Assembly: GCA_029565685.1 (NCBI GenBank)
Contig: JAKQNR010000010.1
Span: forward strand, 34,404 to 98,403
Source of the DNA: a bacterium
GTDB taxonomy: Bacteria > Zhuqueibacterota > Zhuqueibacteria > Residuimicrobiales > Residuimicrobiaceae
Reading direction: 5' to 3'
Length of the DNA stretch: 64,000 nucleotides
Position 1 is the first letter of the stretch, and every line of letters starts with the position of its first letter. Of the stretch, positions 9,687-18,519 are shown piece by piece. Under the pieces are notes generated by a model. It was not told where the DNA came from, searched no databases, and saw nothing but the letters and a program-made list of their open reading frames with translations. The translations under genes were made by a program, and so were the position numbers.

Positions 9687-10727
9687 ATGGACAATAAAAT
9701 GATCCGCTGCCAAGGATTTTATTCGTTCCTTGTTCTTGTACTGCTGAACATGGCCGGCCTCTTTTCCCCCCTGACGGCGCAAACTAAGGTGGGCACCACG
9801 GCTGTGCCGTTTCTGGGCGTCAGCGTAGGACCGCGTGCAACAGCCATGGGCGGAGCCTTTGCGGCCGTCTCGACAGATGCCTCGTCATTGTATTACAACC
9901 CCGGCGGCATCGCCCAATTGCCCAACTCGCAAATCCAACTTGTCCATACGAATTGGTTGGTGGACAGCAAGTTGAACTGGTTTGGCTTTGTACTCAACTT
10001 GGATGGCTCCAACGCCATCGGCATCAGCTATACGCAGCTGGGCTATGGAGAGGAACAGGTGACCACTGTGCTGCAGCCGGAAGGAACGGGTGAAATCTGG
10101 CAGGCCAGCGATCTGGCGGTCGGCCTTTCATACGCCCGCCGGTTGACGGATCGCTTCTCTATCGGCGGCAGCGGTAAATATATCCAGCAAAAGCTGTGGA
10201 ACGAATCTGCCAGCGCGTTTGCTCTGGATATCGGCCTGCTTTTCATCACGCCCTTCAAGGATATGCGGCTCGGCATGAGCATCAGCAATTTCGGCTCCGA
10301 TGTTCGACATGAAGGCCGGGATTTGCTGCAGAGGGTGGATTTGGATCCGAATTCCCTGGGCAATAACCAGAATATCGTCGCCAACCTCAAGACCGAAAGC
10401 TGGCCGTTGCCGCTTTTTTTCCGCGTCGGACTGGCGTTGGACGCGATCAAAGCGCAACACTATCGCCTGACTCTGGCCGCGGATGCCCTGCGCCCCAGCG
10501 ATAACGATGAAATCATCAATGCGGGAGCCGAATTCGCCTTCAGCGAGCTGGCCTTTTTCCGCGCCGGCTACAAATCCCTGTTCAGAGAGGACAGCGAAGA
10601 AGGCCCCACCTTTGGCGTCGGCGTGATGTACAAGGTCAGCGGCGTCGGCTATCATTTTGATTATACTTTTGCCGATTTTGGGCTGTTCGAAAACATTCAA
10701 ATGTTTTCATTAGGAATCAGTTTTTAA
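9687..10727 (+). CDS. PorV/PorQ-family (UPF0164/FadL-like) outer-membrane barrel
   Basis: Starts 9 nt after the previous stop. Signal peptide, then family-typical motif TTAVPFLGVSVGPRATAMGGAFAAVSTDASSLYYNPGGIA; ends ..FSLGISF. Confidence 0.75.
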   Translation: MDNKMIRCQGFYSFLVLVLLNMAGLFSPLTAQTKVGTTAVPFLGVSVGPRATAMGGAFAAVSTDASSLYYNPGGIAQLPNSQIQLVHTNWLVDSKLNWFGFVLNLDGSNAIGISYTQLGYGEEQVTTVLQPEGTGEIWQASDLAVGLSYARRLTDRFSIGGSGKYIQQKLWNESASAFALDIGLLFITPFKDMRLGMSISNFGSDVRHEGRDLLQRVDLDPNSLGNNQNIVANLKTESWPLPLFFRVGLALDAIKAQHYRLTLAADALRPSDNDEIINAGAEFAFSELAFFRAGYKSLFREDSEEGPTFGVGVMYKVSGVGYHFDYTFADFGLFENIQMFSLGISF

Positions 10728-10822
10728 AGGATCGTTTTAAGAGATGGAAGGAGGTGCTTCCGCAAAGAGGTACACGCACTTTTTCAAATCCATTTAATTA
10801 TCCATTCAATTTGGAGGAAGGT

Positions 10823-12871
10823 ATGAAAAAGTCTCTATCGTTTTTGCTGTTTATTCTGCTGTTGGTCGCAGCAGTGCAAGCTCAGACGGTTAAAGTCACA
10901 TTTCACGTGAACACCGCGGCGGTGCCCGACACGTTGGGGGCTTTGTCGACGGTTCAGGTGCGCGGTTCGGGAGGACCGTTGACCTGGGGCGGCGACTCGC
11001 CGGTATTTTTGCACCATGTATCAGGCGATTACTGGAAGGGCACGGCGGAATTCCCCGCGGGCGCTGCCATCCAGTTCAAATTCTACACCAACACCCACGA
11101 CAGCGTCTGGTCTGGAGCAGAGTGGGAGCATCAGGGCTGGGAGGGCAACACAAACCTGGCCAGCGGCAATCGAGAGCTGGTGGTGCCGTCGACCGACACC
11201 GAGCTGAATTTGATGTTTGTCAACGGTTGGAAGGAAAATGTGGAATTGTACGAGACGCCGTACAAGGCCGACGACGGTCATTTCGTCCTGTGGGTTCGCG
11301 TGAACATGCAGGGATTCGAGGATTTCAATCCGGCGCTGCACAAGGTCGGCGTGCGCGGTTCGAACATGTCGGATTGGGGTCAGACCGGCAACATCAGCTG
11401 GGGCCAGACGATGTTGTTGAGTCCGGAGAACGACCATGTGAACGCTGGCAGCCGTCAGTATAGCGGCAAGAATTTTTACAGCGGCGCCATCCAGGTTCCA
11501 AATCAATACGCAACGGCCGGGGTCAAGTTCAAGGTGGTGGTGCACAACATAGATGCGCCGTTGGATGAGGATTGGGGCAAGATGGTGCGCAATCCGAGTC
11601 GTGAAGATGAGGTGAAAACAGCAGGCAACGACACAACGCTGCATTGGTTTTGGTTTGACAACATGAGCCCGGCGACCGTGAGCCACGCGGATGAGGTGGT
11701 GGTGACTTTCCAGGCGAATTTGTCCAAGGCGATCGCGAACAAAGGCTTTGCCTTCGGCGACACGCTGTTGGTGCGCTCAGGGTACTTTGGCACCGCCAAA
11801 GAGGTGCGCACCAAGACCATGGTTCGTCAGGGGTTCACGGCGGTCTACAGCGCCACCGACACAGTGGTGACGACGATCGGCGGAAAATTGAATTATCAGT
11901 TTTACAAAATTAAAAATGGCGTGGAATACCGCGAGATATTCTACAATTTCTATTACGAGGGAGACACGGCCGGACAGGCGGAACGTCGAGAGGGCGAGGT
12001 GAGCTCGGCGACCACAACCATCGCCGATGTGGTGGACAGCGAGTCGGATCTGCATCGCATGCCGTTGTTCCGCAACACCGCGGTGGTCAAGCAGGATGTC
12101 CTGGTGACTTTGACCTGCGATGTGCGGCCGGCGATCTTTCAGGTGATGGCAGGCTCGACGCTGGACGACATCCAGGGCAATCTGGACGTGACCACCGCGG
12201 CGCAGATTCTGCAGATGGGCGTGGCGGTGAACGGACCCTTTACCGGCAATTGGGACACCTGGGGCGCCGGCTTGATGGAATCGCCGCTGCACAAAATGTG
12301 GGATGACGGCACGCACGGGGATGCGGCAGCCGGCGACAGCATCTATACCATTCAAATTCAGTTGAACCGGGACAGCCTGGACGTAATTGGCCAGGAGTTC
12401 AAGTTCGGCATCGGCGGCGGGGATAACGAAGGCGGCTATGGCAACAACCACATCGAAAACGTGGACGACAGCCAGTCCACCTTCACCATCAACGCCCAGT
12501 TCGGCAGCATCGATCCGGTCTTTTATAGCGCCTGGAACTTTGACACGCGCAAAAATGTCACCGCCGTGGAGCGGACCGGCAACTGGATTCCGACCGAGTT
12601 CTCGATTGCACAGAATTACCCGAATCCATTCAATCCCAGCACTGTGATCGCTTACAATCTGGCGAAACCCGCCGAGGTCAAGCTGATGGTCTACAATCTT
12701 CTCGGCAACAGAGTCGCCACGCTGGTGAACAGCCGGCAGACGGCGGGCAGTTACAAGGTGACTTGGAATGCCATGGATGATTGGGGTCGACCGGTCAGCG
12801 CCGGCATCTATTTCTATCGCATCGAAGCCGGCGAAAACGTCAAAATGCTCAAGATGATGCTGATCAAATAA
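10823..12871 (+). CDS. Secreted multi-CBM-like (starch-binding-like beta-sandwich x4) protein with T9SS C-terminal sorting domain; no catalytic domain recognised
   Basis: GGAGG then ATG 10823; signal peptide MKKSLSFLLFILLLVAAVQAQ. Repeated modules of the type TVKVTFHVN..VQVRGSGGPLTWGG..YWKGTAEFPAGAAIQFKFY. C-terminus NYPNPFNPSTVIAYNL..VKLMVYNLLGNRVATL..AGIYFYRIEAGENVKMLKMMLIK. Confidence 0.85.
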   Translation: MKKSLSFLLFILLLVAAVQAQTVKVTFHVNTAAVPDTLGALSTVQVRGSGGPLTWGGDSPVFLHHVSGDYWKGTAEFPAGAAIQFKFYTNTHDSVWSGAEWEHQGWEGNTNLASGNRELVVPSTDTELNLMFVNGWKENVELYETPYKADDGHFVLWVRVNMQGFEDFNPALHKVGVRGSNMSDWGQTGNISWGQTMLLSPENDHVNAGSRQYSGKNFYSGAIQVPNQYATAGVKFKVVVHNIDAPLDEDWGKMVRNPSREDEVKTAGNDTTLHWFWFDNMSPATVSHADEVVVTFQANLSKAIANKGFAFGDTLLVRSGYFGTAKEVRTKTMVRQGFTAVYSATDTVVTTIGGKLNYQFYKIKNGVEYREIFYNFYYEGDTAGQAERREGEVSSATTTIADVVDSESDLHRMPLFRNTAVVKQDVLVTLTCDVRPAIFQVMAGSTLDDIQGNLDVTTAAQILQMGVAVNGPFTGNWDTWGAGLMESPLHKMWDDGTHGDAAAGDSIYTIQIQLNRDSLDVIGQEFKFGIGGGDNEGGYGNNHIENVDDSQSTFTINAQFGSIDPVFYSAWNFDTRKNVTAVERTGNWIPTEFSIAQNYPNPFNPSTVIAYNLAKPAEVKLMVYNLLGNRVATLVNSRQTAGSYKVTWNAMDDWGRPVSAGIYFYRIEAGENVKMLKMMLIK

Positions 12872-12932
12872 AGATCAACCTCCCTCCCATCTCCGAGGAA
12901 GAAGAGCAACTCGAATAAGCACAGCAAACAGT

Positions 12933-12975
12933 AAAGCGGGTATCGCCTCTTTGGCGCTGCCCGCTTTTATTTTTG
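12933..12975. terminator. Rho-independent terminator between convergent genes (better U-tract on + strand)
   Basis: AAAGCGGG..(loop/bulge)..CCCGCTTT stem followed by TATTTTT. Confidence 0.6.
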
Positions 12976-13047
12976 CCTACGAAAAAACAGGGCCGACCGA
13001 AACGACAGCATCATTTGCGGATCCAGCGGGCCGGTGCAGATCGGTCT

Positions 13048-15828
13048 TTAACGCAACAGCGTCATTTTGCCGTGCAGAATCCGATCCGCTGTTTCAAGCC
13101 GATAAAAATACAAAGCACTGGCAACCCGGTGACCGTTTTCCGCCGTGCCCTCCCACCTGAATTCATGAATTCCGTCCTGCTTCCATCCCTGCCACAGTGT
13201 TTTCACCAGACGTCCCTGAAGATTCAAGATATCCAGCTTCACTCGCATGGGCCGGTCGAGCTGCAAGCGCAGCACCGTCGTACTGTTAAAAGGATTGGGA
13301 TAGGCTGAAAGCAAGATGGGGTCTTGCGGCACCGGCAGAATTTCCACGGCCGTCGGCAGGCCGACAACATCCGGTCTTTGATCCATATAGAGGCGGAATT
13401 CTCCGGCTCGTAGGAAAATCGGCTGGTGGACGGAATTCACGTCGAGACTGTCGCGATTGAACACGTCGTACCAGCGGCCGGTCTTTTGAAAAAGCGGATT
13501 GACGTAATTGGCGAACACGTTAAAATTGCCGAGAACCACCACCTGGGTCAGGGAATCCTGCAGATGGATCCGTTTCATGCCGCTGCCGAGGTCGAGCTGA
13601 AAATCTTCGCTGTGAAAAACCCGGTATTTAGCGCGCAATCGGTTCAAGGCGGCCATGATGTCGTAAACGGCGCGGCGCTGCGGATCCTGATAATAATCCC
13701 AGCGGATCGGTTTGCGGCCGAGCCGGCCATTGTATTCGATCGTATAGTCATAGCCCAGTTCGCCGAATTGCCAAATCATCTTGGGCCCGGGTATAGTCAG
13801 AAAAAACGCCGCAGCCAGCTGGATGCGCTGGAGGGCCGTGGCCAGGTCTGTGATGCGGTAATCGCCCTGGCTGTTGCCATACTGCAAATTTTTATACATC
13901 AGGCGTTCTTCATCATGACTCTCCATATAGCCGACCACATGCGGCTTGGACCAACCACGAGTCGTGTGCGCAATCCAGGAAAAATTCGATTTGCCCTGGT
14001 CGTGATAGCCCATGGTGGCCTCGTTGTAATTGTAATTGCCATTGCCCCACAGCATCATGCCATAATCCGCCAGCTCTTTTTCTTCTTGATTGGATGCGAA
14101 ATGCTCGAGTATGACATAAGCGGACGAATCCACGGTCCAGATTTTATCGGCGATGCGTTTGAGAATGCGGATGCGAGCGGGATCGTAGCTCGAGCCATCG
14201 CCGGGCGTATTGGTAAAGCCTTTGGTGAAATCCAGCCTGAAGCCATCTACGTGAAATTCACGCAGCCAATACTCGAGCACGCGATCGACAAAGGCCTCGG
14301 TGGCGGGACTGAGATGGTTAAAATCATATCCCCAGCTGTAAACCGGATTAGGTGATTTTTTATTGAACCACGGATTGAGCTCCATCTGGTCCGCGTACAA
14401 CCGCACCAGCGGACACTGACCATACGCATGGTTCAGCACGATGTCCTGGATCACCGCCAGACCGCGCTGGTGAGCCGTGTCGATAAAGCCTTTGAGCTGC
14501 GCTTCATCGCCATAGTATTTGTCCGGCGCAAAGTAAAAGGAAGGGTTATACCCCCAGCTATCGTTGCCTTCGAATTCGTTGAACGGCATGATCTCCAGAG
14601 CGTTAATGCCCAGGCGGTGGAAATAAGCCAAGGAATCGGTAAGGCCGGCAAAGGTGTGCTCGTCGAGAAAATCGCGCAGCAGCAACTCATAGACGACCAG
14701 CTCCTCTTTGGCAGGACGGACAAACTTCTCATCGGTCCAGTCAAACAACGGAGGATTGGTCATCAAGGTGGAAACGATTTCGCGCGTTTTCTCTTTGGGA
14801 TAGGGTTTCAAGTTTGTGAAGACACGATCGGAAATCGCCGAATCGTTCCAGGGATCGAGCACGAGCCGGGTGTAGGGATCAGCGATGCGCAATCGGCCGT
14901 CGACGAGATATTGAAAGGCATACTGCTTTCCCGGCTCGAGATCGTGGAGCGGCAGCCAGAAACGCGAACTGTCCGGCGTTCGATGCATAAAATACGCCGG
15001 CAGCAAGCGCCAGTCATTGAATTCGCCGATGACATAACAAAAGGACTTGTGCGGCGCCATGAGACTCAGAACGACGTTGTGATCATCGATGCGGGTGATG
15101 CCGTCCTGTACGCCCGGCGGCAGGTTCTGAAAGGTCATCGGAGGATTGACGATGATCTCAAATGCCAGCGTTTTCTGATCACCCGCGGAATTCCGGACCC
15201 GGGCAATAAGCCGTTGGGCGCCGACATCCTGGACGGAATATTTCCATACCAGCGTATCGGCCATGGTGGCCGCCAGGCACTGATCTTCGCGCCATAGCGT
15301 CAGGCTGTCGCCGTTTTGTTTGACGATGCGAATCCTGACTGAATCGCCCTGGTCGGCAAAGCTTAAAGAGTCCGGCGGTTCGATGCGCACCAGGTTCAGG
15401 CCCGGCAAGTAGACCGGCGTAAAGATGTCGCCGTTGTCCGCCGTCTTGCCCGTGCGCGTTGCGGCGGCGTTGCGAAAGACAAAGGCCAACTGCAGAATGG
15501 TCTCTGACAACGGCACGTTATAGTAGGATTGAATGTGAAAGCGTATTTTCCATAAATCCGTTCCAACTTTCTCCATCCTGGTCTCGGCCGTATTCACACC
15601 CCAATCGGTCTTTACATAACGCCATGCACCCGGATGGCTGCTGAGATTGGTGATGACTCCGGTATGAACATAGACTTCGTTGGCATTGACCAGCCCCCGG
15701 CTGCCTTCCTGGGCATTGAACCAGATGGTGACGGTGTCATATCGCGTGGGAAAAAGCGGCGCCCAGGTCACCACCTGACCGAAAGTCGCCGTTGCGATGA
15801 CGAGGCTTAGGGTAAAAGCTCTTAGCAT
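13048..15828 (-). CDS. GH13-family alpha-amylase/alpha-glucan hydrolase with N-terminal carbohydrate-binding-like region and T9SS C-terminal sorting domain
   Basis: GH13 conserved regions DIVLNHA, GFRLDFTKGF, ILEHF and YMESHDEERL. GAGG RBS then ATG 15828 (the track start 15843 is GTG); signal peptide MLRAFTLSLVIATATFGQ. CTD AYPNPFNSTTVLRL..VKLDILNLQGRLVKTL..ALYFYRLETADRILHGKMTLLR. Confidence 0.9.
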   Translation of the reverse strand: MLRAFTLSLVIATATFGQVVTWAPLFPTRYDTVTIWFNAQEGSRGLVNANEVYVHTGVITNLSSHPGAWRYVKTDWGVNTAETRMEKVGTDLWKIRFHIQSYYNVPLSETILQLAFVFRNAAATRTGKTADNGDIFTPVYLPGLNLVRIEPPDSLSFADQGDSVRIRIVKQNGDSLTLWREDQCLAATMADTLVWKYSVQDVGAQRLIARVRNSAGDQKTLAFEIIVNPPMTFQNLPPGVQDGITRIDDHNVVLSLMAPHKSFCYVIGEFNDWRLLPAYFMHRTPDSSRFWLPLHDLEPGKQYAFQYLVDGRLRIADPYTRLVLDPWNDSAISDRVFTNLKPYPKEKTREIVSTLMTNPPLFDWTDEKFVRPAKEELVVYELLLRDFLDEHTFAGLTDSLAYFHRLGINALEIMPFNEFEGNDSWGYNPSFYFAPDKYYGDEAQLKGFIDTAHQRGLAVIQDIVLNHAYGQCPLVRLYADQMELNPWFNKKSPNPVYSWGYDFNHLSPATEAFVDRVLEYWLREFHVDGFRLDFTKGFTNTPGDGSSYDPARIRILKRIADKIWTVDSSAYVILEHFASNQEEKELADYGMMLWGNGNYNYNEATMGYHDQGKSNFSWIAHTTRGWSKPHVVGYMESHDEERLMYKNLQYGNSQGDYRITDLATALQRIQLAAAFFLTIPGPKMIWQFGELGYDYTIEYNGRLGRKPIRWDYYQDPQRRAVYDIMAALNRLRAKYRVFHSEDFQLDLGSGMKRIHLQDSLTQVVVLGNFNVFANYVNPLFQKTGRWYDVFNRDSLDVNSVHQPIFLRAGEFRLYMDQRPDVVGLPTAVEILPVPQDPILLSAYPNPFNSTTVLRLQLDRPMRVKLDILNLQGRLVKTLWQGWKQDGIHEFRWEGTAENGHRVASALYFYRLETADRILHGKMTLLR

Positions 15829-16033
15829 ACAGTACCTCAACACTAACGCTGCGGTGGATTACTCATTGAGCATGGGGAAGCAAAAGACGGATGGGCCGGT
15901 GGGCGGACAAGACATTTGAATTTATGGGTGGCGAAATCATTCTGCCGGTCAAGGGCGCTGAGACCAACCCTGCAACCTTTTTCAGGCCATTGGCCGTATC
16001 GGACGATCCCTTCACTCCCCTGTCATCAGAAAA

Positions 16034-16066
16034 TAGCCAATCAAAGCTTGAAATTCAAGCGCATTG
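16034..16066 (-). promoter_or_regulatory. Copy A of a repeated promoter/operator-like element containing the perfect palindrome CTTGAAATTCAAG (16047-16059)
   Basis: About 205-240 nt upstream of the amylase ATG. The minus strand reads GCTTGAATTTCAAGCTTTGATTGGCTATTTTC, i.e. TTG-N20-TAnnTT. By hand alignment, 26/32 positions match copy B at 24238-24271. Confidence 0.4.
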
Positions 16067-16218
16067 TGCGTGCTCTCTTCTACGCCTGGACACCGAAACG
16101 TCGGGTGAGGCTCTGGAAAGGTTCCGGGAAAAGGTTTTAGCTGTCCTGAGGCTGTATACATTACATGGATCCCCGGATTTACCACGGGTCAATGAATCAA
16201 AACTCTTGGAACCGGCGA

Positions 16219-16773
16219 TCAATTAAAAAAAACGGAAAGGCCGAGGAACAGATGATGATAGACCACAGCATCATTTCCCATAAAATCCTGAAAACGATAT
16301 TCCAGGCGAAGAGCAACGTCCTTTGCAATGAACTGTTTGATCCCAGCTCCCAAATTTAGGACGGTAAAATGATCACCGCTGCGCTCGGGATAGAGGGTAT
16401 TAGACAGAAAAAGGAAAGTATTGGAGACGCCAAGACCGCCAAAAATATACGGTACGATTTTTTGTTGCGGATGGCCGGAACTAAAGTGATAGGCCAGGTT
16501 CGCCGAAAACACAAATCCCGTGTCTTCTTCTTTGAACTTGGTGAACAGCAGTTCCGGCTCGAACTCAATCGCCCTGGCGGCAAAAATGCCAAAACGAATA
16601 GGGACGTTGAAAACGGTGGCAAACTCATTTTGATTTTCAGCTTTCCTGGCCATAAAAGAAGCTGCTACAGAAAGCTCCTTATCTCCCTTTTTGATTTGAG
16701 CATAAAGCGTCTCAACCGCAAAGGTCAATATACAACCCACGGATAAAACGATAACAATCCCTTTGCTGTTCAT
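16219..16773 (-). CDS. Small outer-membrane beta-barrel protein (OmpA-N/OmpW-like 8-strand class)
   Basis: Signal peptide MNSKGIVIVLSVGCILTFAVETLYAQ; alternating amphipathic strands; aromatic-rich C-terminus ..FLGLSVFFN. Visibly AT-richer than its neighbours. Confidence 0.7.
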   Translation of the reverse strand: MNSKGIVIVLSVGCILTFAVETLYAQIKKGDKELSVAASFMARKAENQNEFATVFNVPIRFGIFAARAIEFEPELLFTKFKEEDTGFVFSANLAYHFSSGHPQQKIVPYIFGGLGVSNTFLFLSNTLYPERSGDHFTVLNLGAGIKQFIAKDVALRLEYRFQDFMGNDAVVYHHLFLGLSVFFN

Positions 16774-16849
16774 ATCCTGCTCCTTTGTGTCACGCTCGAT
16801 GCAACCGCCGGATGCCATCCAGTATATTGATCAGAGTGAATGTTTCCAT

Positions 16850-16895
16850 CCGCTCGCTGCGGCGATAAGCTTAGCGCCGCATTCCGATCGAGCGG
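16850..16895. other. Nested GC-rich hairpin in a divergent intergenic region
   Basis: CCGCTCG-ct-GCGGCG-ataagcttag-CGCCGC-attccgat-CGAGCGG; no U-tract. Confidence 0.3.
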
Positions 16896-17121
16896 AGCCA
16901 GGGCGGAAACCTGAGCCTCACAGGATTCGCTTACCCTTCGCCTATTTTAGTCCTCTCCGGCGGTCAAAAACAGCGAGAACAAGGGTATACTACAAAATTA
17001 TGGCAAACTAGTCAAGGGACAAAATCACCAATTCGTTTATAAAGGACTTGCTCTCAAATTCGCAAAAAGCTATATTTAAACCAGGTATTGCATTTAACGC
17101 ATTGATGAAGGAGATGCGACG

Positions 17122-18273
17122 ATGAAAAACAGCAACGTTTTGTTGGGATTGTTTATTGCCGGCGGACTGATAAGCACGGATGTATCGAGCCAGCAGACTT
17201 TTAACGGGCTGAACATGAACCTGGGCAACCTGTCGCGCTTGTCCCATGCGCAAACCCGTTCCATCAGCGCGGAGAATTTCAGCGGAGAAAAAGGCAAAGG
17301 CGGCATGGCCATGGACGGCACCGGCGCCAGGGCAGCCCGGGAACTGGGCCAGAGCTGGAAAATATCTCCGTCGATCAAGATTGAAGCAAAAAAGCTGGTC
17401 ACGCTGGCGGACATCCAGGGGCCAGGCGCCATCCAACACATCTGGATGACGCCATCAGGCCACTGGCGCTATTCTATTATTCGTTGTTACTGGGACGGCG
17501 AGACCGAACCCTCCATCGAAGCACCGGTGGGTGATTTCTTTGCCTGTGGCTGGGGTCAGTACAGTCAAATCAACTCGTTGCCGATTTGCGTCAATCCCGG
17601 CAGCGCGTTCAATTGCTACTGGGAAATGCCTTTCCGTAAATCATGCCGCATCACCTTTGAAAACATCGACGAAGAACCCATGGTCCTGTATTATCAGATC
17701 GACTACACCCTGACCGAGGTGCCGCAGGACGCCGCCTATTTGCACTGCCAGTTTCGCCGCAGCAATCCCCTGCCCTACAAAACCGATTATGTGATCCTTG
17801 ACGACGTCAAAGGCTGGGGCCAGTATGTCGGCGTTTATATGGCCTGGGGGGTGAACAACAACGGTTGGTGGGGCGAAGGCGAAATCAAGTTCTTCATCGA
17901 CGGCGATGAGAAATTCCCCACCATCTGCGGTACGGGCACAGAGGATTATTTCTGTGGATCATACGGTTTCGAAAATCCTGAAACCAAGCAGTATCAAACC
18001 TACACTACGCCCTACAGCGGCCTGTCGCAGGTGATCAAGCCGGACGGCGTGTACAACTCGCAAATGCGTTTTGGTCTGTATCGCTGGCACATCATGGATC
18101 CCATCCGTTTCGAAAAGGATTTAAAGGTCACGATGCAAGCCCTGGGCTGGCGCAGCGGCGGCCGCTATCTGCCCTTGCAGGATGACATCAGCTCCACCGT
18201 GTTCTGGTATCAGACCGAACCGCATGCCAAATTTCCGAAATTGCCGGATAAAGATTATCTGGAAATACGCTAG
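17122..18273 (+). CDS. DUF2961 / GH172-family glycoside hydrolase, secreted
   Basis: AAGGAG RBS and a signal peptide. Family-like motifs ISAENFSGEKGKGGMA, IQGPGAIQHIWMT and YWDGETEPSIEAPVGDFFACGWG. Confidence 0.75.
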   Translation: MKNSNVLLGLFIAGGLISTDVSSQQTFNGLNMNLGNLSRLSHAQTRSISAENFSGEKGKGGMAMDGTGARAARELGQSWKISPSIKIEAKKLVTLADIQGPGAIQHIWMTPSGHWRYSIIRCYWDGETEPSIEAPVGDFFACGWGQYSQINSLPICVNPGSAFNCYWEMPFRKSCRITFENIDEEPMVLYYQIDYTLTEVPQDAAYLHCQFRRSNPLPYKTDYVILDDVKGWGQYVGVYMAWGVNNNGWWGEGEIKFFIDGDEKFPTICGTGTEDYFCGSYGFENPETKQYQTYTTPYSGLSQVIKPDGVYNSQMRFGLYRWHIMDPIRFEKDLKVTMQALGWRSGGRYLPLQDDISSTVFWYQTEPHAKFPKLPDKDYLEIR

Positions 18274-18519
18274 CTCGACTCGATGTAAAAGTTCCACCGT
18301 TCCGCGTAACTGTTGCGCGCTAAAGATGTGATTCATCATTGTGTCGGCACCGCAAAGGCCTAAACTATCATTTCACCAATGCGCTATTCCGTTTTCCTCC
18401 ATGGAAACAAGCTTACCTTCAAACACGGCGCTTTTGCGGCGGGCATTCCACTGCAAAATTCAACCCGATCTGGATGGAGCAGAAAAATAAATTCAAGTTC
18501 TTTTAAAAAAGGTCTGCCC

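Noticed and set aside
15891-16226. 111-aa plus-strand ORF in the amylase upstream region, along with the small ORFs at 2376-2849 and 24159-24410.
   Set aside because: They have no RBS, odd composition, and overlap a neighbouring gene end. The only similarity between the 15.9-kb and 24.2-kb ORFs is the short DNA motif, read in unrelated frames.
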